From Eledone cirrhosa (lineage: Eukaryota), in contig OZ024741.1 in assembly GCA_964016885.1 (NCBI GenBank), positions 281,356,001 to 281,420,000 on the forward strand: DNA of 64,000 bases, given 5' to 3'. This document shows positions 35,399-50,045 of this stretch, in pieces. Made by a program: the position numbers and the translations under genes. Position 1 is the stretch's first letter. Every line of letters begins with the position of its first letter. The notes beneath the pieces are model-generated. The model did not search any database. It saw only the letters and a list, made by a program, of their open reading frames with translations, and was not told where the DNA came from.

Positions 35399-36085
35399 CT
35401 TAACCTTTAACGTCCTGTACCACATGAAACCACATTAACAAGACATTCTTAAAAAGTACAAAACAGCATTACAACTGCATCACAATAAGAATTGAAGCAA
35501 ATTTTCCCCAATGATCTGTCCACTTGTAAAGATATCATAAACATTTGAATTAACAAACCACATTAGCAAGACATTCTTTAAAAGTACAAAACAATACCAT
35601 GACAGCATCATATTAAAAATTAAAGTTTTTACTCTAATACAGTAAATGTTCACAATGCTATAGCTACTAGTAAAGATACAGCTTAGATTTTAATGTCCTG
35701 TTTTTCATGAAACCACATTAACAAGACATTCTTGAAAAGTACAAAACAACACTATGATTGCATTACATTAAAAGTTCAGCAAATTTTCACAACAATCTGT
35801 CCTCAGGTAAAGATAATCTAAAATACTTGAATTAATAAAATCCATTTAAAAAGTACTTTCAGCTAAATCATAACATAATTGTTTCTACTTTTGGCACAAG
35901 GCCAGCAATTATCCCAGTGTATTACTGGTATCGACCCCGTAAGGATGAAAGCAAAGTTAACCTCGGCGGAATGTGAACTCAGACCATAAAGGGCCGTAAC
36001 TCCATGCTGCAAAGCATGGCATCAGACCCTCTACCGATACTGCCAATCCACCACCCTGCTAAATCATAACATAATGCTAAGAGAT
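35399..36085. mobile_element. Three tandem partial copies of a third TTAA-ended MITE family, the last interrupted by a SINE
   Basis: catgaaaccacattaacaagacattctt..aaagtacaaaaca is repeated at ~35423, 35556 and 35706. Other copies lie at 13985, 41459-41658, 48470-48672 and 51720-51900. Confidence 0.75.
35880..36057 (-). mobile_element. Young Nin-domain SINE with an 18-bp target-site duplication
   Basis: gctaaatcataacataat at 35862-35879 and 36058-36075. Confidence 0.9.
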
Positions 36086-36312
36086 AAAGGCTAAACTTAG
36101 AATTCTTAAAAGCTTTGATAGTAAAATAATTTTCAAACTCTAAGACTGATTACAGGAGAAATTTCAATGTCATGAACATAATAGAAGGGGATTTTGAAAA
36201 ATACAAAAGAAAGAAACAAAGAATCAATAAAACAGTGTATTATATAACAATAATGGCTATTGAATTGTTGAACTGTTTGTAACACACACACAGATATATA
36301 TATATATATATA

Positions 36313-36367
36313 TTTCCTGATGATTTATTTCGAATGAAACAGTTCTAGTTCTGTAGAAGCCATTTCT
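36313..36367 (+). ncRNA. Hammerhead fold, second copy of the 578-628 family
   Basis: UUUC-CUGAUGA-uuuauuucgaau-GAAACAG uucuaguu CUGUA-GAAG. Helix II is weakened. Confidence 0.55.
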
Positions 36368-36659
36368 CTCTCTCTCTCTCTATATATATATATCATATTA
36401 TATTATTTATTTATGTTCATACACAGAACAAAAGCGCTACCCAAGGTTTCAAGGCCCAATTTTGACTACACCTCCAGAATGAGTTTATATATAATCATAT
36501 TGATGTTGCAACTTGCAGATAGTATCAGATATGGAAAGACCAAGGGAAACATAGTTTCCTTGGTTCAATGCGATGATTGGTTTCTTTCATATATATATAT
36601 ATACACACACATATATATACATACACATATATATACATACATATAACAAAACAAACAAC

Positions 36660-37250
36660 TCTACAATCTAGGTGTCTTAATTAGCAGCAGAGGAGGCTGC
36701 TCTGAGAGCATAATAGCTAAAGTAAGGACAAGATGGAAAAAGTTTAGAGAGCTACTTATACTGATAACAACAAAAGGTTTCTCCCTAGGTACAAAAGGAT
36801 GACTGTATGACACCTGTGTATGAAGGGCAATGCTGCATGATAATGAAACATGGGCTGTGACTTCAGAGGACATGCATAGAATGGAGAGAAATGAAGCAAT
36901 CATACTCCGTTGAATGTTCAATGTAAGCGTGAGAGGAAGGCAGAGTTTGGGGGAGCTGAGGGAGAAGTTGGGTTTAAGAGGAATCAGAGGTGGTGTGCAG
37001 GAGAGAAGACATGTGATGTACATGGATGATGATCACTGGGTGAAGAAGTGGCAAGAAATCCCAATGGAAGGTTGCTGCAGTAGAGGTAGACCAAGAAAGA
37101 CCTGGACAGAGGAGGTGAAAGCTGACCTCAAATCACAAACTCTCAGAGAGGAAATGACGAAGGAACGCAGCAAGTGGAAAGATGCTGTGCTGAAAAGGAC
37201 CCATCCAACCCTTGTAAGTGTGGAAGAACGGACATAAAAATGATGATGAT
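36660..37250 (+). mobile_element. Decayed RTE 3' fragment
   Basis: Homologous to 10595-11209, with stop codons and a (gat)n tail. Confidence 0.9.
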
Positions 37251-39713
37251 ATAGGATGATATATATATATATAGAGAGAGAGAGGGAGGAGGGAGAGAGA
37301 GAGAGAGAGAAAGAGAAGGCAGAGAAACAGGATATTGCCAAGACTGTTCAAAATCAGTATTTTTCTTGGCAGCAAAGCCAATTCAGAAAGTTTGACATTC
37401 TACATTAGTCTACCATTTCATGCTTTTGAAAATAGTTAAAAGTGTGTTTTCTGTCTGTGATTTTTTAATCTCAGTATGGTTACCAGCACCTAGTTATTTT
37501 ACTCTTCTCGAAAAAAAAAAAAAAATAAAAAAGTAAAATGAACTCAAATTATACATAATCAATCTAATGAATGCATGTATGGGCCCATAACTCTTGATGG
37601 TGTCGTAAAGGAACTGTCATGACGTTTTAAACTTGGTGATATAATAACAAAAGGGTTAATGCAACTGAGCCTAGATTTAAGTGTCTCTTGTATCGGTTAT
37701 TTTGAGTCATGCAAATAATTTAACTTATTTCAAATTTTGATTTTACTAATTATATTTCAATAGTTCTATCAACATATGTGCATGGACCTATATCTCCTGG
37801 GGGGCCCATAGGAGTCACATCATGTTATATAGTGAATGTTGGGCACTTTAGATCTGGTGGAGCCCAAATCCTCTCTATGTCTGAACACAGCTGATTTCTT
37901 AGAGCGAGAGGAGTTATAGACGAAGAATTGACCTCAGTATTAGACTGGTACTTTTTTTTTTTTTACTTCGAAAGGATGAAAGGCAAAATTGTCCTTGGCA
38001 GGATTTGAACTGCCAGAACGAATACAACAAAGCATTCTATCTGATAGTCTAATGACTCTGCCAACTCTCTGCTTAAATCTAGCAATTAAGGTTACATTAT
38101 TTACCACAAAATTGACACATCGGACATAACAAGAAGAATGATTTGTTTCCTTATTTTCATCTCTTATTATTTTTTCTTTTCATCTAAATATAACCCTAAA
38201 GCTTGTAGAACTTCAATTTAACCCTTTTGACACCAAATCACTCTGAAACCTATGATATAAAGTTGTATATTTTAACCTTTAGCATTCACATAACTCTATA
38301 TATACTATTATATTTTCATGGTAAAGACTTTACCTCGCATAATATCTCACATAATCTCGAATCTATGAGACTTTGAAAGTATTTATTTTGAGAACGATAC
38401 CTTAACATCAGTTTGAGTGGCCGATTACAGCCAGTTTCAACAGAAAGAGGTAGAAAATTCTGGCCCGTTTTAGCCGGTTTGAACATTAAAGGGTTAAAGA
38501 ATTTATATTTATCTAAAAGCTCACTATCATAATTATATATAAGAACCTTTTTTAAGTTATGCTCCAAACACCAACATAATAATGGTTTCTGATTTAGGCA
38601 CAAGGCCAACAATTTTGGAGGAGGGGAAAGTTGATTAAATCGACCCAATGCATTACTGGTTCTTTAGGATGAAAGACAAAGGTGACATTAGTGGGATTTG
38701 AACTCAGAATATAAAGGGCTGTAATGAAATAATGCAATGCACTGAGTCTGCCAATCTTAATGAGAAAATTAATTATATTACTAAATCCCTACAAATTCTT
38801 AGTTATTTTCAAAATGATATTTTGTGCTTTTTATTAGGAATATGGTATTGAAAGGGTTAAAGATATAGGCAGTGTCTTTTACTATAAATGTGGTTATGAA
38901 AGGATTAATGACATAGGCAGTGTCTTTTATTATAATATGGTAATGAAAGGATTAAGAAAATAATTGTTGACCCATAACTATCACCCTAAGCATTCCCCTA
39001 TTATTCACCAAGTAGATTAGATCAATGATAGACAACATAGTCCAGGTGGACCACTAGCTGTCCATACCAAAGTTTTAGTGGTCAACAGCAACTATTATGT
39101 CCTGTGGTGTATTATGTAATTAAAAGTAAATTTATATTTTTGGTCCATGAATTTTTCTTCAGAAATTTTGTGAACCTCTTTTTCATAATGCTTGTACATC
39201 ATTGCACTAGACTAATCTATATTATGGGTATCCTGGTTTTTAGAATAGGAACAAAATATTTCCACGTGTTATAAGAGGTATCTAAAAGGGTTGACCTGAG
39301 TAAGAGCATCCAGCTGTAAAACATTGTCTCAAAACATCCCATCCAAAACTATCATGAAACATTATATGTAAAAATAGCACCACTTCCGTCAACAATCAGA
39401 GATAAAGACGCAGACAGAAGATAGACAGTATTGCATTAATGACATCTTTCAATAGCACAATGTTATATATTTGACTCAATTGAATTGTCCCTATTTTATC
39501 AACGATGAAAGGGACCCACCCCAACACAAAAAAACAACAACAAACAAAGAAACAAGTTGATCCTAGTCAGATTGGAAAACAAGATTATTGAGGGCTGGAA
39601 TAAGAGATTTAGTTTCCACAACTTCTATAGAATATAATTTAAAAACTAAAGAGAATATTTATTTTTGGGACTCAGGCTGTGAATACCTTGAACAAGCAGA
39701 AAGAGCAGGCAGT

Positions 39714-39855
<142 letters not shown>

Positions 39856-40218
39856 ATGAATTTATGGACCTGTAACCCCTGGTAGAGTCATAGGGGCTTG
39901 TAAGATATGGCATGTCAAAGCCATCCTTCTCCAGGACTGAACACAGGTGATTTCTTTGGAAGGGAGAAGGAAGGGGTGGGTGGATGGAAGAGATAAATAG
40001 GAAGAAATGACCCCAGTACATGACTGGTACTTTTCTTATTGACCTTGAAAGAATGAAAACTAAAATAGAGATCCTGGAGGAAACCAATAAGGAACACTTA
40101 CCATCTATAAGATAACATTTTTTTTATTTCACTCTACATTGAGTTCTTTATCAGATAACACTTTAATCACTATCTGACATACCTCCTTATACATTAAACA
40201 CCTATATACTGTGTGTGC

Positions 40219-40271
<53 letters not shown>

Positions 40272-40273
<2 letters not shown>

Positions 40274-40492
40274 TCCAATCGATCGACTTTCGTCAAATCG
40301 GACCGAGGAAACAATGTTTCCATTGGTCTTTCCAATTGCTAATACTATCTATCGGTCGCAACTCCAGGTAGAAGAAGCAACGTGAAATAAAGTGTCTTGC
40401 TCAAGGACATAACGCATCGCCTGGTCCAGGAATCGAACTCACAACCTTATGATTGCGAATCCAATTCTCTAACCACTCAGCCACACGCCTTC
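40272..40492 (-). mobile_element. tRNA-derived SINE, fourth body type (hairpin-ended)
   Basis: Minus-strand head gaaggcgtgTGGCTGAGTGGttagag...GTTCGATTCC. A second copy lies at 47900-48120. Confidence 0.88.
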
Positions 40493-40652
40493 ACCAATAT
40501 ATATAAAGAAAAACGATGAAGTTTTGTTTACATGTATTTAGTTTTTTATTGTGTATAAATACAGGTAAATAAAACTTTAGTGATTTTCTTAATATATACA
40601 CTCTGCTTGTGCTCATATTGGGACCACCACTAGTAATTCACTTAATCACATA

Positions 40653-40685
<33 letters not shown>

Positions 40686-40688
<3 letters not shown>

Positions 40689-41410
40689 TAAAAGGGCAGA
40701 CTAACAGGAAAGGAAGACTTTGTAGAAGATGCACAAGAGTAACCGGTGAGAAGATAGCTAGTGAAGTTAAACTATTCTAGTCACAGGAAGGACTCATAGA
40801 AGTGGTTGATAGCTTCTGCTACCTAGGCAACATAATTAACAATGAAGGAGGGTGCTCTGAGAGCATAATAGCTAGAATAAGTATAGGATGGAAAAAGTTC
40901 AGAGAGCTACTTTCACTGTTGACAACAAAAGGTTTCTCCCTACATACAAAAGGACGACTGTATGGCACCTGTGTGTGAAGTGTGATGCTGTATGGTAGTG
41001 AAACATGTACTGTGACTTCAAAGAACATGCATAGATTGGAGAGAAATGAAGCAACCATGCTCCGTTGGATGTTCAATGTAAGGAAGGCAGAGCTTGAATG
41101 AGTTGAGGGAGAAGTTGGGTTTAAGAGGAATCCAAGGTGGTGTGCAGGAGAAAAGATTGCATTGGTATGGACATGTGATGCACATAGACAATGATTGTTG
41201 GGTGAAGAAGTGCCAGGAAATGCCAGTGCAAGGAAGCCACATTGGAGGATGACCAAGAAAGACCTGGGTAGAGGTTGTTAGAGCTAACCTCAAATCACTG
41301 AGACTCACAGAGATGACAAAGGATAGTGACATGTGGAGAAATGCCATGCTGAGACGGACTCGGCCAACACATGCAAGCATGGAAAAGCAGATGGAAATAT
41401 GATGATGATA
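40686..41410 (+). mobile_element. Decayed RTE 3' fragment between (TA)n tracts
   Basis: gatagcttctgctacctagg (DSFCYLG) ... tggtatggacatgtg (WYGHV) ... (gat)n. Confidence 0.9.
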
Positions 41411-44400
41411 TATATATATATATATAACTGGCAAATACTAACATTTACAATTGTTTCATTAACTCTTAATGTCTTGTACCACATAAAATCGCAGTAGCAA
41501 GATATTCTTAGAAAGTACAAAACAGCAATATGAATACATCACATTAAACATTTTTCACAAAATGCTGTCCGCTAGTAAAGACACTACAAACATTTTAACT
41601 TACAAACCTGTTATTTTTTATATTTTCTGCTAAATTGTTACAGAATGTTTAGAGTTAATTTGCATTTTTGGGTACAACTGCTCGTAAGAATATATTATCT
41701 TGGGCAGAGATAGGCTCCACCAAACTGGGTAAATCTAGATTCTAAGTAAAAAAAAAAAAAAGAAAAAAAAAAGAAAAGAAAAACAAGTCTAAAGCCTGTC
41801 TTCAGCCCAGAGGCTTATCAGGCTGGTGCTTATCCCGGTTTCTGTGTGTGAAGCGATTGAGAGTACAAGACTTCCCGCTGTACTGAAGATAACCATTACA
41901 ACAAGTTTGATTAGTTTTAGTGTAAGGAAATGAAGTTATGCTGTATTTCATATAAATATATATATGTGTGTATATATGTATAATATAAGTATATATATAT
42001 ATATATATTGTCATAGAATCATGAAATTCAAACAAATACTGGAAAAGAATGCTGACACACAAAATTAACACATAGTTAAGCCCTCAAGACACACACACCC
42101 ATACAAACATACACACACTTCACACATGGAAGAAATTACCCTAAGAGCTAAAGTTAATTGAATTTAGAAATTTGAAACTTGTTAAATTTCTTTTTGGAAG
42201 AATAAAAACAACAACTACAAGGAATATGGAAGTAAGTTGAGTAATGGGGTCTTTGGGCAATCAATGAAAGTAGCTGGAATAAAACCTGGGAAGCTAGAAA
42301 ATATGTTTACCAAGTTCTAGAGTACAGAGAATTAAATTCGCAATGATTTTATTCCCCTTGGCTATAATGATATACCATTTCTTGAGCAAACAAGGGCACA
42401 TGGGAGCCTAACTTGCTAGAAATAGCAAAAAGTTCTTCCTCAAATCACATCCTACCATTTTAAAGAAGAAAGAAATGACAAATTGGATAATGTAATTCTA
42501 GGTACACTGTCTTTGAAAATAAGTTTGAATGGTTGGTTAATCAGCTTGCTCAAAGCTGATCTGGGCTTAAAAACAACATGAACACAGCAATATTTCACTG
42601 AAGGTATCTCTGGGTGCAAAATTCCATTTATATTAATGTCCCAGGAAAATCAGTAGTTGAATAGGACTAGAACCCAATTCTTGCCCAGTGTACTAGACTT
42701 GGTACTAAATCTTGCAGACAAAAACACTAATATCTCATATTTTTCTCTCTGGTTTACTTCTGGCTATTGGTACCTGACACTTTTAATATCTTTTACCTAT
42801 AAACTCTGTCTCTTTCTCAGTCTCAGGAACTCTACCAGGGAATTAATCACCATTAAATTTGACAATACAGTTTTTTTGTTTTTTTTTAAAAATCAATGTG
42901 GGACAGCTTGCTCATAAAATTAATGTGAGCAACATTTCACAGATATGTATATTCTTAACCTAATTCTCAAGGGAGATTGAGTGTGACACACTATGTGTCA
43001 AGGCTGGCCCTTTGAATTACTGGTATAGTCCATCTGATGGACTTTGAAACAGTTTTCAGTTTCATTCACAAGGCATGGGTTGACCCAAGACTATGGCAAA
43101 CAACACTTGCCCTAAATTTCACATTGTGGAAGTGAACTACTTAAATATTTGACAGGATTCTCAGATCATTATATCTCCCCTTCAACTGAGTATAAAAATA
43201 AAATTTCATCCCACAACTCTGTTTTGTAGAGACAGGTTAATTGTTTGAACTTCTTCCAGTTTTATGTTGACATCAAACATTCTTCCCTTTGACCTGTCTG
43301 GGACAGTTAGATGACAGTGACAAAGACAATTGCTTCAAACTGATTTACACATTACCAAACATCAGATGGTTTAGCAGAAGTTATGTCACTAAAATGAGAG
43401 AGGAGTGGGGAGGAAAATACTCTCTGCAATTAACTGGGAAATATGAATTTGTAAATGTAGTTCATGAAAACAAATCAACAAAAGAGTGGAACAAAATATC
43501 TACAGGTTATACATGGTATGGTATGGTTCTATAACTCCTGAAGGAGTCGTAGGGGCACCATATTAATATACATTGTTTCTAGGATATTTTTTAAAACCAG
43601 GCAGAGCCCATCTCCTCTCCAGGTTTGAATACAGCAGATTTCTCCCAGAGAAAGATAGAAAGTGAGAGAGAGGAAGTGAGAAAGAGATACAGAGGAAGAA
43701 TCAATCCCAGTACTAGACTGGTACATTTTTTTCTTTTTATTGATCTTGACAAGATGAAAGGCAAAGTTGACTTCAGTGGGATTTGAATTCAGAGAGTCGG
43801 AATGAATACTGCAAAACATTCTATCTGACATTCTAACAACTCTGCTAATTAGTTACCTATGTGTTAGTGTTATACAAATCAACAAAATATCTGAAAACTG
43901 TCAACTCCCTTCAACTGTAGTCATTTAGCTTATCTGCTGCCACCCCAGTAGTTAGGTTTAGTGCTGACATATTTGATGCAATGAACATCAACAAACTAAT
44001 TGTTTACATCCAAGCTTTTCATATAGCTTCTAACATTGTTGCTTAGTTTAATGGTTAGAGCACTCAGCCAGAATTCAAGTTATACCAATAACAATACCTC
44101 ATAGCAGCTGTTGACCACATTTTCCCATCCATTGGGGTATTTTACCTGATTTTCTAGGCTAATTTATGGTGGTGGATTGGCAGTATTGGTAGAGCATCAG
44201 ACAACTTTCTTTACATTCTGATTTTAAATCCTACCGAGGTTAGCTTCACCTTTCATCCTTATGGGGTCAACAAAATAAAGTACCACTGGGGTAAATTTTC
44301 TCAACTCCCCCTCTCTCCCAAAATTGTGCCTAAATAAGAAACTATTGCTTCTGGCAATCAACTGTTGTTACAATTTTTTCTGCATTTAGGATTCCTACAT

Positions 44401-47400
44401 TTTCTAAAGAATTTCTTAGAAATATTTGTGTGGGGAAGAAAATTTCTTATATCCTTCTAAATTGCTATCAAATGCAACAGCTCTAAGGTGATAAAAACAG
44501 TAATAAATAATCACCTTATAATCCATTTTTAATCTCTTTTTTTATTTCAATAACCTTTAACCCTTTAGATACAAAACCAGACACCACACCTAGTTTTGTG
44601 ATACAAGACTACTTGTTTTATAGTGGTCATATTTAAATTACCACCTTCCATTAATAACCCTTGTTAAGTTATGTTCCAAACATAGCTTGATATTGAAATA
44701 TTCAATTTAATCCTCTATTTAACCCTTTTGTTACCATTTTTCTAATGAAATACACTGCTTGTGTGTATTAATCAATTTTGAAAATTTGAAGAATTTAATG
44801 ATATCATTTTTCATTATTAAGCTGATGTTTGAAATATTTCTTAATAAAAAAATTTCTTAAATGAAATTATCAGGATGACCATGAGGTCAACTTTGCCTTC
44901 GTCCTTCCAAGGTTGATAAAATAAAGTACTAGTCAAGTAAAGGGGCTGATTTAATCAACTTTGTATTTCCTTAAATTTGTTGGCTTTGTGCCTACATGAA
45001 AAATTGAAATAAATACAAGTATGTATGTTTAGAAAACAGTGAGCAGGATTTGAAAATTGAATTAGAAGATCTCAGCGTAACTTTGACTAAATAAAATAGA
45101 TGCACATCAAAAGAAGAATATTTTAAAACAAGCAGTTTTGTACTATAGAACCAGATGCAGTTTCAGGTTAGTCGATACCAAAATGGCTGATTAGAAATAT
45201 GGTACTAAAAGGGTTAATAGCACCTTTCTGCTAAGTTTAGATGTTTTCCATAAATGTAAACCCCAAAACCATTTTGAAAAAATGACTGCACAGTTTAGTT
45301 TCTTCAATAGCAAAGTCATTACACACTACAACCCCCCCCCCCCCAAAAAAAAAATCACATCTTTACTCTTTTACATGCTTCAGTCAGTAGACTGTGGCCA
45401 TGCTGGGACACTGCCTTGATTTGGTCAATTATATCAACCCCAGTACATATATTTTGAAGTCAGCTACATATTTCATCAAAGTTACTGAACATAACAGACA
45501 CAAACATAAACACAGACATACTCATATATAAACCTATATATATATGAGTTTCTGCAATTTCCACTGACCAAATTCCATTCACAATGCATTGGCCAACCTG
45601 AGCTTATCATAAAAGACAATAGCCCAAGGTGTCATACAGTGAGACTGAACCCAGAACCAACTGGTTATGAAGCAAACTCCTTAAACACTCAACTATGTCT
45701 GTGAACCATATCTAGCTCAAACTGTAACACTACCTGAAATGCAATGCTTAATCTCCAAAAAAAATTCATAGCAAGTTTCCCATTTTTCACATAATTTGGA
45801 CCACATAAGGGATTCAAAACATTTCAGTTTTGCATAACTTAGTAGGTAAACTGCCTTTAACTCTTGATGGAGATGCCGGGCGCTGTCCTGATATCGTGTA
45901 TCGTGGCTCATTTAAAATCTGATGGAACCCATCTCTCCACATTGTCACAACTGATTTCTGCCTCAGAAAGAGACATAAGAAAAATCAACCCCAGTATTGA
46001 GCTGGTACTTTATCAACCTCAAAAGAACAAAAGGCAAAGTACACAACTCAGTAACCTCTTACAAAATGCAAATATACCTTGCATTAGGGAGGGTACTATT
46101 CATGGGTCTAGAATGGTATGTATACTTTTCTAACCGTATATTACAGGTGTGGGTCCCACATGCGGTGCTGTACAATTTTTTTCTGTCTCTAGGGTTTATA
46201 TGCGTTATAACAACATTGATGCGTCTAACTTTCAGATTTAAAAAAAATCTTCTATGTACATTCAATATTAACCCTTTTGTTACCATATTTTTGGTTTTCA
46301 AATAATTTTGAAAAATAATCAAGAATTTAATAATCGAATATGATTTGGTCTGTGATGACCAGTCCAACCCTTGTCAGAAGGGACAATGAACATTAAAAGA
46401 TGATGATGGTGATGATAAATACTTTAAAACAAACAGTTTTGTATCATAAAACCAACAGTGGTTTCAGACAGTATGGTATCAAAATGATTAATCTATTGTT
46501 CCATGTTCTAAAAAGGCTGGATGGCTCTCTAAGTTTGGATCTTGGCATGAAATGTGAAAGTTAATTTATTTCACTGATAACATGTTGAAATAAAATAATA
46601 ACAGGAAAAAAAAAAAATGGTAACTACTAAATTAAATTAAAAAAAAACTGACAAAACTACTAAAAAACTAAAAAAACTATGACTACGAAAATATTGATTT
46701 CTTAAATAGTACAAGGTCATATACTTTTAAAGGAAAAATACATTGACACAAGTACATAATTGATACTTATTAGAAGGCTTTGACATTTTGAAAAACCTAT
46801 CTTTAAAAAAATGTCAATAACATTTTTATTACAAAGAAACTTTATTATTGAATAATAAATGTAATATTAATACAATTATATTAACCCTTTCATTACCATA
46901 TTTCTATGGAAAGATACTGCTTAGGATTCAAGTAATTTTGAAAATAATCAAGAATTTGGAGGGATTTGGTCATAACTAAGTTTCTCATTATTAAATTGGT
47001 GCTTGGAAGATAACTTAAATGTTCTTAAATAAAATTATGATGGAAAGTTTTAAAATAAATATAAACACTTTAAAACAAACACTTACCAAAATGAGTGAAT
47101 ATGCTAATTTTTATTTAACCATGTTAATAGATGGTGGGAAATTGACAGTCATTAGAATATCAGATAAAATGCTTCATTATATTTATTCTAGCTCTCAGAG
47201 TTTAAATCCTTCCAAGGTCAACTTTACCTTTCAAAGTTAATAAAAAAAAGTAGCAGTTCAGTACTGGAGTCGATTCTTCTGAAGGAAATTGTCTGTGTTC
47301 TAATGAAATACACTTATTTCAATTAATTGATAAAGAATTTTTAGTGATTTACTAAAATTATTAATTATTTCATTACTAAGATAGTAACTTTACAAATTAT

Positions 47401-47899
47401 TTGTATACAAAATTATGTTGGAAGATTTTAATTTAAATAAGCACCCTTTAAAATGGTGTGTTTTGTTTCATAGAACCAGAACCCTTTCCAGCTCACATCA
47501 TTATATTTATTAGCAGCACTGTCACTTAGTTTAATACTGTGTTTTCTTTGCTTTATGATTCTATTCTTTCAGATTCAAATGTACCAGGATCACATAAGGC
47601 CTTCCTTTAATTCTTAAAGTTCTGTTCTGCATCAAAACATAATAGCAAGACATATGAATATTGATGTTTTAAATGATAAATTTATAGCTGATAAAAATAT
47701 TTGGCTTTTGAAGATGTTTGTGATGTATGTATGATGTCTGTTACTAATTGCATTTAATGGTCTGTCCTTAAATAAAAAGATACTATAAACATTGGAATTA
47801 ACAAACACATTTTAAACAATTTTTTTGAAATCATTACAGAATGTTAAAAGGAAATGAAGTGATTGACAAGATCCTAGACCTCATTTGCTTACGAAGTGG

Positions 47900-48120
47900 G
47901 GTAGAAATAGTCAAATTGAACCAAGGAAACAATGTTTCCTTGGTTCAATTTGACTATTTCCATTGTTGATACTATCTACCAGTCACAATTCCTGGTAGAA
48001 GGAGCAATGTGAAATAAAGTGTCTTGCTCAAGAATATAACACATCAGCCAGTCCGAGAATTGAACTCACAACATTACAATTGCGAATTCAATTCCCTAAT
48101 CACTAAGTCACGTATCTACA
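47900..48120 (-). mobile_element. tRNA-derived SINE ending in a perfect 27-bp-stem hairpin (47904-47960)
   Basis: gaaatagtcaaattgaaccaaggaaac-aat-gtttccttggttcaatttgactatttc, next to the SINE body. Confidence 0.85.
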
Positions 48121-48946
48121 GGATGTTAAAAGATAAGTATTGTTAGGTTTTGAAGTGTAAAAAAACTAATTTCTTTTTCCTTATCAAAATATGAAGACAC
48201 TGTGAGCATGTCACTGAAAAGATAGTAATATATTCGAGTCAGATGTGAAATGTAGGCCTCATTTCAAATGATAATAAACTGTAACAACTAAATCTCATTT
48301 CAAATTGCTCAAGTAATATAACAGGCTAGAATGATTTCTAAAAAAGTTAATGCTTTGCCTCTAACAGAGGAGAATAAATCTTCTTAAAATCATAGTCATG
48401 ATAACTGACCCAGCTGGCTCTCTTCCCTGTTATGACCAGATTGTCAGCCAATGGCTATTAAGCTTTGTTTAACTCTTAACATCTTGAACCGCATGAAACC
48501 ACATTAACAAGAAGAGTACATCAGAATACTGTGACTGAGTCATTGAAAATTCAAGTGTTTACTTTACTGCAAATTTTCAGAACAATCTGTCCACCAGCAA
48601 AGATACTATAATCATTTGAATTAATAAACCAGTTTTAAAATATTTTCTGCTAAATCATTACAGAGTGTTAAGGCTTAGTACTTTACTGATTATATATAAC
48701 CATGTGTCTCCAATTTAGAATAGATACACCATAGGGTTGGAGTTAAGATGAGTATCTGTCACAATGCCTCAAAAAGACCTGGCCAACCCATGCCAGCATG
48801 GAGAATTCTATGCGAAAACGATTATGTCGACGATGATGATATCATCATCATCATTTAACATCTACCTTCCACGCTAAGCCGGATGTCACTAAAATGAATT
48901 TGGTGACTTTTGTAATCTATTTATCTAGCAATATATATATATCCAA

Positions 48947-50045
48947 ACATGCGCTGAGGCTGCGGCATCTCCAGGTATTCCTCACCGACCCCCAACCGGT
49001 GTGGGCACCGTTTGTGAGACAGGCTTTCCCACAGCTCGTCTCGCTAACGGAGCTGCAGTCCTGGGTGAAGAAAAGACCGAAAACGATGGGCGCCTGGCAC
49101 ATTGAATGCGCTCAGGCGCTCACAGTCCTCTGGCAAGCGGGCGCAGCAATCAGTGGATACTCCACTTCGACATTCTATAGAGGGATTGTACGTTACAAGG
49201 GCGACGACGTGCTCGGAGAGACTCTGGGCGTCGAAGACGATGAGCTCACCAGTATGTTTGGTAGGACTTTCCGCCCGGGACCTATGGACAACTTCCAGAG
49301 GTCCCTGGCCTGGCAGTGCTACCGAGCAGCTCTACCGGTTCGTGACAAGATCTACAGGCACGGACGCCCTGGCAGGTGTCCTTCCAAGAGGACGTGTCCA
49401 AGATGTGCGCAGGACATTGAAACAGTTCTGCACGCAATTGTACACTGCCCGGGCGTAAGCGACCTGTGGAACTATGCAGAACAACTGCTGTCGCGTATGG
49501 GACAAATACAGTTGACTGCCGAATCCATAGTAAGGATCAAACCGCCAGACTCTTTCAAAAACGAAAGAGAGGCGGTTTTCCTCTGTACGGTGGCTATGGT
49601 GAAAGAAGTTATATGGTGGACGAGGTTGAGAGGACTGAGGACAGATGCCTTTCTCTCCGGACAACAATTGATTCCATTCTTTAAGTATCACTTTAGAAGG
49701 AGAATCAGGGTGGAGAGAGAGGCACTGCACCCCAGTAAATTTACTGAAAGGTGGGTGAATGAAGCGAAAATGGCCCGAGTGATTGGGCCTTCTCTGTTTA
49801 TAAGCCTGTAGGTTGAGGAAGAGAGCAAAAGGAAGAAAGGAGCACTTGCACAACACGCTCCTTGAGTTGAGGGTTGTTCTATCGACGGGGTATTAAACAA
49901 CCCATTTGTGGCGCCTCCCCCCTATTGGGGATTTCGATTGTTGAAATTGTTTGTTTTTATATTTTTAGACGACTGTATGTAAAATCCCCGGCATGTCTTT
50001 GTATTGTCCCCTTTCTTGTTGCGCCCTTGTGGCTAATAAAGAAAT
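48947..50045 (+). mobile_element. Young 5'-truncated Tx1/L1-clade LINE 3' end (zf-RVT-like region, 3' UTR)
   Basis: The frame is open to 49811 with CPRCAQDIETVLHAIVHC (C-x2-C...H-x4-C). AATAAA lies at 50035, and an exact 18-bp direct repeat caatatatatatatccaa lies at 48929-48946 and 50046-50063. CpG-rich. Confidence 0.9.

Noticed and set aside
40395-40492. tRNA gene (also at 9920-9994 and 48040-48120)
   Set aside because: A- and B-boxes are present, but they continue into SINE bodies repeated across the window, and no clean acceptor stem or terminator is evident.
48894-49811. 305-aa ORF as a host gene
   Set aside because: Its ATG lies outside the TSD-bounded insert, and the rest is a LINE ORF2 C-terminus.
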